A DNA stretch of 64,000 nt, from NCBI GenBank assembly GCA_038087875.1, contig CM076000.1, positions 1,612,001 to 1,676,000 on the forward strand. Reading direction: 5' to 3'. Shown piece after piece: positions 12,994 to 25,485 of this stretch. The DNA comes from Malacoraja senta. Lineage: Eukaryota. Within the stretch, counting starts at the first letter, position 1, and the number at the start of each line of letters is the position of its first letter. The notes below the pieces were generated by a model. The model was not told where the DNA came from. It was given only the letters and a program-made list of their open reading frames with translations, and did not search any database. A program made the translations under genes and the position numbers.

Positions 12994-14729
12994 CTGCAAG
13001 AGGTGAAAAATAATGCAATTATATTCAATTCTGAATTTCATCACTATCCTCAGTATTAACATTTTCCAGTAATTTAGGGTTTCCCATGTTAATCTACCTT
13101 TCCAGACAAAATATGGATCATGATGATCAATTCTGTTAGAAAGCTTGCTACATTCGCTCACTAAAGAAAAAGCCCATCTCAGCACATTGCTGCTGGCTTT
13201 ATTCTTATTTCTAATTGTCTATTGTCTATAATAGACTTGCTGTCATTTATGAGATTTAAATTGTTAAAGTTTTATTAATGATGACAATATAATGTTATTT
13301 TCCCAATCTGTCAGCATTCACTTTCGTGGATTTTGACTTAAGATCAAAATTAATTCCAGCATACTGCACAACTTTACGTTTCTAAGAATATTTTCTTTCA
13401 GGTCGTCAAATATTAATTTATTCTACGTTCTCCTCTATTACACTATTAATGGTTACTCTTTCAATAATTACCACATCACCACATATTTTCAACCCCAATC
13501 TGATTTTTTACTTCATGTTTTCTGAAGTTCCCTTCGCATCCTTTTTTGCCAATCCTTAACTTTACCCGTTATTCTATCAATCCAACTTGCATTTTAACTC
13601 CGGACCTAAAAGCAACAGACTTTACGACTGTATGCAAAGAGCAATACAAGTGCATAGTAGAAGTCATAAAATAGGGGGTGGGTTTTTGATTGGGGAAAAA
13701 ATCATGCAAAACAATCGATCCGCACCAAGAGATAATAATCCCTGGTCTGTTAATAATCCACCAATGCCCTCAATAAAACACAACAAATATTACAAAATAC
13801 TGTCAACAGGCAAAGGAGATTGTGTCTACTGTGACTATTATCTGATGTTAAAAAAGCATAAAGTAACCCTTTATGTTAATCGTATATTTTTGTGCACAAG
13901 GCAGGAAACTTGCATTTAATGCCAAATCCCAGGTACTCTTGGATGACCCTCTGAAACCCTTCCACTACATGCCATCCTGAGGTTTCAGCAAGGTTTCATT
14001 CCTGAGAACGGTTCATAACTCAAACAATTCGCAAGGCGGAAATCAACCACAGACCGAGGTCCCACACTAAGATGCCTGCAGCAGCTTGCAAATCTATCCC
14101 GTTGATCTCCCAAATACTCGTTCACATGTACAGGCTGTACATAGGTCAAGCGTTTGTAACAGTTATTACAGTTGCGTCACAACCTGTTAACTTAGTGTGC
14201 ATTATGCATCCATCAAATATTGTGGGACTGGAGGAAGATTAACAGATTTCCTACCCTGAAACGTAAAAATGAACAGACAGATTCTAATACCATGGCAGCT
14301 TTCACAGATTATTTTCTGATAATATCCACGAACTATGATATTATTCAATTTATTTTCATGATTTACCATGGTGGGATTTAAACTGTTGGTGGCTGACAAT
14401 CAATAGGCAATAATTGAAAATAAAAAATTGTGCAGACTCTGGAAATTTGAAATAAAAACAGAAAATGCTGAAACTCAGCGGACCAGGCAACATCTGTGGA
14501 AAGGAAACAGTCAATCTTTCGGGTCCGCAACCCTTTGAAAAACCCTCAGAAAAAGAGAAATACAACTTAGTATTTGGTAAGGAGATGTAAAATAAAATGT
14601 ATTTATCAAATAGGGCGAGTTGAATTAATGGAGTAGTTACCAGCACATTATGCAAGATTAGATTATCCAGAAGCTCCCATAAAATATGGAGACCAGCACG
14701 GCATACAACACTCTCTAAGACCATGCAGG

Positions 14730-14985
14730 ACGGCACTATGGCACAGCGGTAGAGTTGCTTACAGCACCAGAGACCCGGGTTTGATGCTGACTATGGGTGC
14801 TGTCTGTATGGAGTTCGTACATTCTCCCTGTGAATGTGTGGGTTTTCTCTGGATGCTCCGGTTTCCTCCAACACTAAAGATCTACATGTTGGTAGGTTAA
14901 TTGGCTTCTGTAATTGTCCCTAGTATGCAGGATAGTGCTAGTGTTTGGGGTGATCGGGGTGCCAAAGGGCCTATTTTCCATCGAA
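14730..14985 (+). mobile_element. tRNA-derived SINE (HE1/V-SINE-like)
   Basis: A-box-like TGGCACAGCGG, B-box-like GGGTTTGATGC, V-domain-like TGTATGGAGTTCGTACATTCTCCCTGTG...GGATGCTCCGGTTTCCTCC, and a CR1-like tail. Confidence 0.75.
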
Positions 14986-15402
14986 CTACAAGTTTGTTCT
15001 GTACTGTAACTGAGGCCAAAAGCCAAAAACTTCAAAATCCATTTGCAAAATTGTTCTAGGGGAACTTTCATTAGAAAACTGTAGTGATCACGGTGGCAGC
15101 TCATCGCAAACTGCATTTGGAAATGTTCAATAAATGCCGACCTTGCCACTTATGCCCACATCCCACAAATTCATTTAATAAAAGCTGGGTTGGTGCATCA
15201 CATTAAGGAGAATTAAAGGTGGGGACTCTCCTCTACACATTTTAGCCCTAGTCTTTTAGAGCTCCAATTAGTTGGCAAAAGTTGTGGGTTCAAAAAAGAT
15301 GTGGTGCAGAGAGATCCTGGTGAGTAACTGTAATGCAGCTTCCAGATATTCTTTTAAGGGGCTCCTCTGCATAGGTGCTCAACAGAATGAGCAGATCGTG
15401 GT

Positions 15403-17040
15403 TAGAAACATAGAAACACAGAAAATAGGTGCAGGAGGAGGCCATTCGGCCCTTTGAGCCAGCACCGCCATTCATTGTGATCATGGCTGATTGTCCCCAA
15501 TTAATAAACCGTGCCTGCCTTCTCCTCATATCCCTTGATTCCACCAGCCCCTAGAGCTCTATCTAACTCTCTCTTAAATCCATTCAGTGATTTGGCCTCC
15601 ACTGCCCTCTGTGGCAGGGAATTCCACAAATTCACAACTCTCTGGGTGAAAGCATTTTTTCTCACCTCAGTCCTAAATGGCCTCCCCTTTATTCTAAGAC
15701 TGTGGCCCCTGGTTCTGGACTCGCCCAACATTGCGAACATTTTTCCTGCATCTAGCTTGTCCAGTCCTTTTATAATTTTATGTTTCTATAAGAACCCCCC
15801 TCATCCTTCTAAACTCCATTGAATACAAGCTTAGTCTTTTCAATCTTTCCTCATATGACAGTCCCGCCATCCCAGGGAACAATCTCGTGAACCTACGCTG
15901 CACTGCCTCAATCACAAGGATGTCCTTCCTCAAACTAGGAGACCAAAACTGTACACAATACTCCAGATGTGGTCTTACCAGAGCCCTATACAACTGCAGA
16001 AGAACCTCTCCTATACTGAAATCCTCTTGTTATGAAGGCCAACATTCCATTAGCTTTCTTCACTGCCTGCTGTACCTGCACGCCAACTTTCAGTGACCGG
16101 TGTACAAGGATACCTAGGTCTCATTGTACATCCCCCTTACCTAACCTAACCCCATTGAGATAATAATCTGCCCCCTTGTTTTTGCCACCAAAGTGGATAA
16201 CCTCACATTTATCTATATTGTACTGCATCTGCCATGCATCTGCCCACTCACTCAACCTGTCCAGGTCACCCTGCAACCTCCTAACATCCTCTTCACAGTT
16301 CACACTGCCACCCAGCTTTGTGACATCCGTAATCTCGCTAGTGTTGCTCCTAATTCCCTCTTCCAAATCATTAATATATATGGTAAACAGTTGCGGCCCC
16401 AACACCGAGCCTTGCGGCACTCCACTTGCCACTGCCTGCCATTCTGAAAAGGACCCGTTCACTCCTACTCTTTGCTTCCTGTCTGCCAACCAATTTTCTA
16501 TCCATGTCAACACCCTACCCCTAATACCATGTGCTCTAATTTTAGTCACCAGTCTTCCGTGCAGGACCTTATCAAAGGCTTTCTGAAAGTCTAGATACAC
16601 TACATCCACTGGCTCCCCTTCATCCATTTTACTTGTCACATCCTCAAAAAATTCCACAAGATTAGTCAAGCATGATTTTCCATTTTTACCTGTTTAATAA
16701 TTGACTCCAGCATTTTTCCCACCACCGAAGTCAGGCTAACTGGTCTGTAATTCCCCGTTTTCTCTGTTGCTCCTTTCTTGAAAAGTGGGATAACATTAGC
16801 TATCCTCCAATCCACAGGAACTGATCCTGAATCTATTGAACATTGGCAAATGATCACCAATGCGTCCACTATTTCAGGAGCCACTTCCCCGAGGACCCTG
16901 GGATGCAGACCAACAGGCCCAGGGGATTTATCATCCTTCAGTCCCATTAGCCTACCCAATACAATTTCTCGCTGAATGAAATTTTCTTTAAGTTCCTCTA
17001 TCCCCTTAGACCCTCTGTCCTCCAGTACTTCTGGGAGATT
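15403..17040 (-). mobile_element. CR1 LINE, 5'-truncated, with an internal deletion
   Basis: ORFs 15501..15740, 15778..15993, 16121..16669 and 16666..17175 carry CR1 RT motifs. Tail near 15403. Confidence 0.92.
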
Positions 17041-17322
17041 GGAGAACAAAGGTGAAATTCTGACCCAATGAATTAAAAATTTAACAAAAACTGATCTGCA
17101 GAATATTTTGATAGGTGAAACTACTGAATAAAACACCCAGATTAGATTACATTGATAATGCATTTGTTCTGCCAAAGTTTATAATATGATTTGGATCCCA
17201 ATTTATGGTTTTTCAATTATACTTTATTGATGCTCTTCACAAATTACTTATTAATGGTGAACTGTATAAAAATAGATTGTGTATCATAACCACATATATC
17301 TATCTATATACTTTTAAAATTC

Positions 17323-17353
<31 letters not shown>

Positions 17354-18216
17354 GGGTGTGGGTGTTGGGGTGTGTGGGGGTGGGGGTGGGGGGTGTCAGT
17401 TTTGGCCTTCGATTTCTTGGTCCGCCAAAACCACATGCGAAAACCCCGAGATTTTTTCCATTTCGCTAGACATTACACTTTAATATACCCTAATACACTC
17501 CTCATTAGATTTAGACATTTTTATGTACACATTTTTAAATAAAATCCATCACCCCCCCCCCCCACTCACTCATTTTTTTCGCCTCCTGCTGGCCAGCCAC
17601 CATAACGGCTGCTGCTGCCCGGCTCTGCTCCAAAAGCGCCGACATTTTTCTTCTTTCGCTGCCGATTTTCGCTGCTGCCGCCCGCCTCTCCTCCACTACC
17701 CCCCCCCCCTCCCCGACTCTCTCACGCTGGCTCAAGCGCCCGGCTCTACTCCATAAACAGCGAAATTGTTCTTATTTCGCGGGCGATTTTTGCTGCTGTC
17801 GCCCAACTCTCCTCCACTACCCCCCCCCCCCCCCGGCCGGCTCTCTCACGCTGGCTCAAGCCAAACATCGGCTCTTCCCCCGCTGCTTTTCACCGTCCTC
17901 TGTCTGAGGACACCGAAAAGCAGTGGCGGAACAACCCATCTTTGCCTTCAGCCAGCGTGACAGAGCCGGCGCGTCAACGGCCTGTCGGCCCGCATCCCCA
18001 TTGAGGGCGTACGCAACGACTCGACGGCCGTACGCAGCGTCTCGGCATTGTACGCAGCGTCTTGACGGCGTACGCCGCCTACGCCGTCAACACGCTGCGT
18101 ACGCTGTCGAGATGCTGCGTACGACGTCGAGACGCTGCGTACGGCCGTCCAGGCACTGCCTACGCCGACAAGACGCTGAAGCACGTTCGGGAACCAGACC
18201 CAATGGGTCTGCACTT

Positions 18217-18218
<2 letters not shown>

Positions 18219-18303
<85 letters not shown>

Positions 18304-18512
18304 TGTGTGGGTGTGTGTGTGTGTGTGTGGGTGTGTGTGGGTGTGTGTGGGTGTGTGTGGGTGTGTGTGGGTGTGTGTGGGTGTGTGTGGGTGTGTGTGG
18401 GTGTGTGTGGGTGTGTGTGGGTGTGTGTGGGTGTGTGTGGGTGTGTGTGGGTGTGGGTGTGGGTGTGGGTGTGGGTGTGGGTGTGCGTGGGTGTGCGTGT
18501 GCGTGTGTGTGT
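18219..18512. repeat. (GT)n / (GGGTGTGTGT)n microsatellite
   Basis: Directly visible. A shorter GT tract lies at 17324-17396. Confidence 0.95.
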
Positions 18513-19064
18513 GGTTTTGCATGTGAAACGTATCTCCTCGAAAACCAGACGCAAAAACGCGGAGATTTTTACCATTTCGGTAGGGATTTAACTTATGAGT
18601 TCAGAAATCCGCTCCTTGGTCAAGTAATTCCCCAGATTTTGAATAAAGTCGATCACATACTCAATTTTTAAAATCTAAGCGGCACTCACCAGCTGCTGAC
18701 GTCACAATGCCCACATACCGACCAATGCAAGCCCACCTACCTCCAGGCGCCGCCCCCCACCCGCCGCTGTGGATTAAAGCCCCACGCCTCCCGCAGCTGG
18801 ACTCCCACGCCCGCCCGCTCCAACCCACACCCCACCCCGTTCTCCAAATGCTCTGCAGATCGGGAGGTCACTGGAGATCACAGCTGGTCACCAGCTTGAA
18901 CATGGCAGTTATTGTCGCGCGGGGCATTACTCTCTCTGGGAAAGCTGAAATTCCTCCGTTGATCACAGGGACACGGGGAATCGTCACGCGAGAGCTGCCG
19001 AGGCTCTCCACGCCGCCCGAGGTCGGCCCCGTCAGAGCCGCCCGCTCATCGAGTTCAGGTCCGC

Positions 19065-19485
19065 CCTCTCCCTCTCTCTCCCCCATCCTCTCCCCATCCT
19101 CCTTCCCTCTCCCCCTCCCTCCCTCTGCAAACCCAACGTGCTGCCAGTCGTGCCTCTCGCAAGCCCTTTGATAAAAACCTGCGACCTCCCCCTCTCTCTC
19201 TCCCCACCTCTCTCTCTCTCTCTTCCCCCCTCCCTGTTCCCCCCTCTCCCTCTCTTCCCCCTCTCCCTCTCTTCCCCCCTCCCTGTTCCCCCCCACCCTC
19301 CCTCACTCCCCTCCCTCTCCCCTCTCCCCCCTCCCTCTCCCCTCTCTCCCCCTCCCTCCCTCTCCCCCCCTCCCTCCCTCTCTCCCCCCCTCTCTCCCCC
19401 CTCCCTCTCCCTCTCTCCCCCCTCCCTCTCCCTCTCTCCCCCCTTCACTCTCTGCCCTCACTCTCTACACCCCCCTCCCTCTCTA
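19065..19485. repeat. C/T-rich low-complexity tract inside a Helitron-like unit
   Basis: Repeated CCCTCTCC-like units. Confidence 0.85.
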
Positions 19486-21053
19486 GATGCGCCTGCGAGT
19501 TGGGGGCTATGCGTCAGTAGATAGGGCGATTATGGGGTAAAAGGAGCAAATTAATATATTAACAAGAGGGATAGTTAGTGTGTGTGCGGGGAGGGTAGTT
19601 AGTGTGTGTGTGGGGGTGGTTAATGTGTGTGACGCCGCTTGCCGCCCCCCCCCCCCCCAACCGCACATTCTACTTGGTCTAGTATACCTATAAAGGTTTC
19701 ATCTTGTGTGTTGTATGCATGTATGTTTTGGGGTTTTTGCATCTTCCTTAAAATGCTACATGCTAGCGCTTAGATTTTTACATATTCTGATTCACATTTT
19801 TCCCCTCCACGTCTTAATCAGGTTCACTTAAGATTTCATCCTAGATTTCACCAGTTATTCGCGATTAAAGTTTAAAAAAGCCAAAAAACACTTCTCACAC
19901 AGCCTTTTTCCAGCAGGTTCCAGTGATGATGTCACAATGTCACTCACAGACGTCCAATCACAATGGATCTCATTTACAAATGACATCACAATGGGACATT
20001 GCCAATGGTAACTGCAGCTTCTCACAGACTCTTTTTCCAGGAGCTTCCAATGATGATGTCACCATGCCACTCTCAGTGCACCAATCACAATGGGCTCTCA
20101 AGCTGCCGAGTGCCACACCCCAGCCCCCCCCCTCCCGGGTTATTCACCCCCCCGTCCCCTCCCCCTCGCTTCCTCAAAAAGGCAGTCAACATCATCAAAG
20201 TCCCACACCATCCTGGCCACACACTCATTTCACTATTGCCATCGGGAAGAAGGTACAGGAGCCTGAAAACTGTAACGTCCAGGTTCAGGAACAGCTTCTT
20301 CCCTACTGCCAAGCAAGCAAGAATTTAATTGTCCTATCTGGGACATACGACAATAAAAGTCTTGACTCCCGCCCCCCCGCACAGTCCCCGCCCCCCCCCC
20401 CAACTCCATGCGCCCCCCACCGCTCCCTGCCGCACACCCCTCCCCCCCACCCCCAATGTGGGGACGAGTGATTGCCTCCATAAATTCCATAATTTCCCTT
20501 GTGGGGTGCGATTGGGGGGGGGCGCCCGTCTCTGGGGTGAGCGCTGACAGGCCCAACAGGTCCCACTTGGTCTAGTTTATATTTAAAACTGTCATTTGAC
20601 AGACTATATTCAGGTTCTGACAGATTTACAAGATAGGGTAAAGCATAGGCATAAATTTGTCAATATTTAACTTCTGAAAATGGGACTTTAAGGTATCTAA
20701 CTTATTGCATGTAAAATAGTAATAGGAGGGGAAAGCTGCAATATCTATTTTCTTACAAGGTTGTATGTACCATCTTGTAAGATTTATAATTTTTGAATAC
20801 CTACCACCTCAAGATATTAAATAACTATTGACAACTAGTTGAATTTTGATAAAAGCTATATAATTAGTTAGAATCTGATCCAATTTATCATTTTTTAAAA
20901 TTTGATTTTCAGAAAATGGAAGTTACCAGAACATGAGAAAGGTTTGTAATAAAACAAACTTATTTAACTTTTAGAATATTAGCATTTCATAGAACTTTAA
21001 AATGAAATGAATGCAGAATGTTTTAAATGTCCTTCTCTGATTGCAGCACTCAC

Positions 21054-21148
21054 CTCTTTTGATGGCTTGGCTGGTGATGTAAATATTGTTTTCCAGTAGG
21101 ACCACACAAACATGATAAAAGATAGATGGAACACTATAAGGTAAACAA
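21054..21148 (-). CDS. ZDHHC20: ZDHHC20 coding exon 3 (95 bp): VVYLIVFHLSFIMFVWSYWKTIFTSPAKPSKE
   Basis: TTTCAG acceptor and GTGAGT donor. Encodes the TM2 segment typical of ZDHHC2/15/20. Confidence 0.95.
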
Positions 21149-21269
21149 CTGAAACAGATGGAAAAAAAATATTTAAAAATTAGCAAAAAATAACATTCTC
21201 CTGTTGGAGACATTTGTTCTCTAGAGTTGAATCTTTACAAGGATAACTGAACCATAAAAATGTATAGTA

Positions 21270-22050
21270 CATTTAGCATAAAAGGTCCTGTGAGCTTGTT
21301 CCACCATTCAATAAGAATATTGATCCAGACCTCAACTTTACATTGGTGCCCAATTCCCATAATCTTGAATTTCCCTATATTCCAAGATCTGCTAAATTCA
21401 ATCCCAAATATTTTCAAATGACAGCCTCACGGCTACTTGAAGTATAGAATTCCAAAAATTCAGCATGCTTTGCGAGCAGAAATTCTTGGTCTTGAATGAG
21501 TGAATCTTATTTGAAACTATACTTGCTAATTTAAAATTCTCTCGAGGGAAGACATCTTCACAACCTCTGTCCTGTTAAGCCCCTTCAGAATCTTGCATGT
21601 TTCAAAAAGTTCCCTTCTTATTCTTCTGAACTCCAATAAGTAAAGACCCAATGTAGAAACAGGGAACTGCAAAGATCCAACGTGCATCCCAGTGAATCTC
21701 TTCTGTACACTTTCTGACTAAATGACATAACTTCCTACATCTATGTGACCAGAACTGCACACAGTACTCCAAGTGTAGTTTCACCAACAACTTGCTCCAC
21801 CATGATGTCTCAGTTATTTCCCAATGAAGGCAACTGTGCCAAAGGCCTTCCTTACCACACTGTACACCCGACTTGCCAGTTTTAAGGAACCATGCACCTG
21901 TACTCCCAGATTTCTTTTCTGCCACTCCTGCTAGAACTCTACAATTTACTCTGCAACTCCTGCCTTGGTTTGATATATGAAATTGTAACACCTCATATTT
22001 GTCAGAGTTCAATTCCATTCACGATTCCTTGGTCAACCATCCCAACTAGA
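21270..22050 (-). mobile_element. Old CR1 fragment
   Basis: ORF 21602..22018 retains [14 protein letters not shown] and MELNSDK.EVL.F. Confidence 0.65.
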
Positions 22051-23261
22051 TCTTATTGTGCATACTGTAAATCACTGAAAGCTAACCTGCAAGCTCTTAT
22101 CAACTTTTAACAAATTTAATGTGGTGTAAGTAAATGCACACAAGAAATTATAATCGACCAAGCACATTGTGCTTCTGACCCATAGGATTTATAAAACATA
22201 CATTTTCTCACAAATCTCTTGTGCAATAGTATTTAACCATAGTCTAATATCGAGCCGGTATCACAATTTAACACTTCAAAACAATTCACTGCTTCAGATA
22301 TGCAAATTTGCTATAAGATTGATATATTATCCCCCTGGGGTATAGTCATCATAAAGAGCAATGATTGCATCCACGTGAAGGGTACAGAGCAGGTAAGTTG
22401 ACCTAACACAAAAGAAAGTAAGAGGGAATTTCAATGGAGTGGTCTTTTTATTTTAAGATAATGATGAAACCAAATTTGTCACTCATCAACATTCTGCGAC
22501 ACCACATTTTATAGAGGCGTCCCACAATACATGTTATTCCCTTCAAGTAGATCTCAACTGCTGTCTCAACTTATCTAATGTCTCTATAGAACCTGAGAGA
22601 AGTTGCTAACAAATTGTGACAAATGGGTTCAAATCATAGAGTGCTAACTTTGTACTTAAAACAACTGGGACTTGAAAATGGTGCCAAATCTGGTGACTCT
22701 TGCATACTGTCTGTGTACTATTTCAGTACACTTGCAATGTATCCAAGATGTGCTTATGCAGAGCAATACTTGTATGAACTGCATGTAAAAATAATTTTCA
22801 CCGTTTCTCAGTACATGTGATAATGAAGTGCCATTGAACCAATGTAATTGGAATAGTTAAGCATGATTTGTTAGATGTGGAATGTATATGTTTATTCACT
22901 ATTTCTACATGCTTTAGCATTGCTTATTCATCTACACATCACGCTGCCCTCTTGCACGAAGAACATAGTATACATACAATCCAGTTTCTTGATCATGTGT
23001 CAGCTGTGCCTCTCCCACTGCTAGGTTAGTAGGCTAATTTACATCAACGTTTGCTTACATTGGCTCCATTCCTGCCTTTTGACACTGTTTACATGTCAGG
23101 GTATAGTCAACAACATTCTCAAAATAGAAATGCCGAAGTAATGAATACATCTTTGACAGCAGAGCTGCAAGTCTGAGCACCTGAATCAAATCTGAACACA
23201 AATCCACATTTGCAACTATCACTCCGAACAAGATTTTCCCCAACATCCGTACAACTTTTCT

Positions 23262-23569
23262 GATAGAAACATAGAAAATAGGTGCAGGAGGCCATTTGGC
23301 CCTTCATGCCAGCACCACCATTCATTGTGATCATGGCTGATCATCCACAATCAGTAACCCGTGCATGCCTTCTCCCCATATCCTTTGATTCCGCTAGCCC
23401 CTACAGCTCTAACTTTTAAATTCACCCAGTGAATTGGCTGCGGCCCCTGATTCTGGACCCCCCAAAATATTGGGAACATTTTTTCCTGCATGTAGCTTGT
23501 CCAGTCCTTTTATAATTTTATTAGTTTCTATAAGATTCCCACTCATCCTACATTCCAGTGAATACAGTG
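23262..23569 (-). mobile_element. Short 5'-truncated CR1 3' end
   Basis: ATAGAAACATAGAAAATAGGTGCAGG tail plus 3' CR1 sequence. Confidence 0.8.
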
Positions 23570-25485
23570 AACTTCAATATCCATTTGCAAAATTGTTCTA
23601 GGGGAACTTTCATTAGAAAACTGTAGTGATCACCGTGGCAGCTCATCACAAACTGCAATTGGAAATGGTCAATGAATGGTGACCTTGCCACTTATGCCCA
23701 CATCCCACAAATTCATTTAATAAAAGCCGGTTTGGTGCATCACATTAAGGAGAATTAAAGGTGGGGACTACACATTTTAGCCCTAGTCTTGTAGAGCTCC
23801 AATTAGTTGGCAAAAGTTGTGGGTTCAAAAAAGATGTGGTGCAGAGAGATCCTGGCGAGTAACTGTAATGCAGCTTCCAGATATTCTTTTAAGGGGCTCC
23901 TCTGCATAGGTGCCCAACAGAATGAGCAGATCGTGGTTAGAAACATAGAAACACAGAAAATAGGTGCAGGAGGAGGCCATTCGGCACTTCGAGCCAGCAC
24001 TGCCATTCATTGTGATCATGGCTGATCATCCCCAATCAATAACCCATGCCTGCCTTCTCCCCATATCCCTTGACTCCACCAGCCCCTAGAGCTCTATCCA
24101 ACTCTCTCTTAAATCCATCCAGTGATTTAGCCTCCATTGCCCTCTGTGGCAGGGAATTCCACAAATTCACAACTCTCTGGGTGAAAACGTTTTTTCTCAC
24201 CTCAGTCCTAAATGGCCTCCCCTTTATACTAAGACTGTGGCCCCTGGTTCTGGACTCGCCCAACATTGGGAACATTTTTCCTGCATCTAGCATGTCCAGT
24301 CCATTTATAATTTTATATGTTTCTATAAGATCATCTCATTTCATCTTTCTAAACTCCAGTAAATACAAGCCTAGTCTTTCCAATCTTTCCTCATATGACA
24401 GTCCCACCATCCCGGGGATTAACCTCGTGAACCTATGCTGTACTGCCTCAATAGCAAGGATGCCCTTCCTCAAATTAGGAGACCAAAACTGTGCACAATA
24501 CTCCAGATGTGGTCTCACCAGGGCCCTGTACAACTGCAGAAGGACCTCTTTACTTCTATACTCAAATCTTCTCCTTATGAAGGCCAACATGCCATTAGCT
24601 TTCTTCACTGCCTGCTGTACCTGCGTGTTTACTTTCAGTGACTGGTGTATAAGGACACCCAGGTCTCGTTGCACTTCCCTTTTTCCTAATCTGACACCAT
24701 TGATAATAATCTGCCTCCTTGTTCTTGCCACCAAAGTGGATAACCTCACATTTATCTACATTATACTGCATCTGCCATGCACCTTCCCACTTACTCAGCC
24801 GATCCAAGTCACCCTGCATCCTCCTAGCATCTCTTCACAGTTCATCTTTTATAATTGACCCCAGCATCTTCCCCACCACCGATGTCAGGCTAACTGGTTT
24901 ATAATTCCCCGTTTTCTCTCTCGCTCCTTTCTTGACAAGTGGGATAACATTAGCTACCCTCCAATCCACAGAACTGATCCTTAATCTATAGAACATTGGA
25001 AAATGATCACCAATGCGTCCACGATTTCTAGAGCCACCTCCTTGAGTACCCTGGGATGCAGACCATCAGGCCCTGGGGATTTATCAGCCTTCAGTCCCGT
25101 CAGTCTACCCATTACTATTTCTAGCCTAATGCAAATTTCATTCAGTTCCTCTGTATCCCTAGATCCTCTGTCCTCTAGTACATCTGGGAGATTGTGTCTT
25201 CCTTAGTTAAGACAGAACCAAAGTACCTGTTCAACTCGTCCGCCATTTCTTTGTTCTTCATAATAATTTTGCCTGTTTCTGCCTTCAAGGGACCCACATT
25301 TGTCTTTACTAATATTTTTCTCTTAACATACCTAAAGAAGCTTTTACTATCCTTCTTTATATTCTTGGCCAGCTTACCCCCGTACTTCATCTTTTCACCC
25401 CGTATTGCCCTTTTTGTTACCTTCTGTTGTCCTTTGAAAGTTTCCAAATCCTCTGGCTTCCTGCTACTTTTTGCTATGTTATATC

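Larger units (their letters stand above)
17299..20575 (+). mobile_element. Stack of non-autonomous Helitron-like elements (2-3 units)
   Basis: 5' TCTA starts at 17299 and 17303. 3' ACTTGGTCTAG ends at 19682 and 20575, the latter after a GC-rich hairpin-like motif. A third hairpin, AGACCCAATGGGTCT-GCACTTGG, lies at about 18196-18218. The outer flanks are A|T with no TSD. No RepHel ORF is present. Confidence 0.7.

Noticed and set aside
17923..19524. CV/HT-repeat and Pro/Ser-rich ORFs
   Set aside because: They are translations of GT and CT simple repeats. The same applies to 11269-11901.
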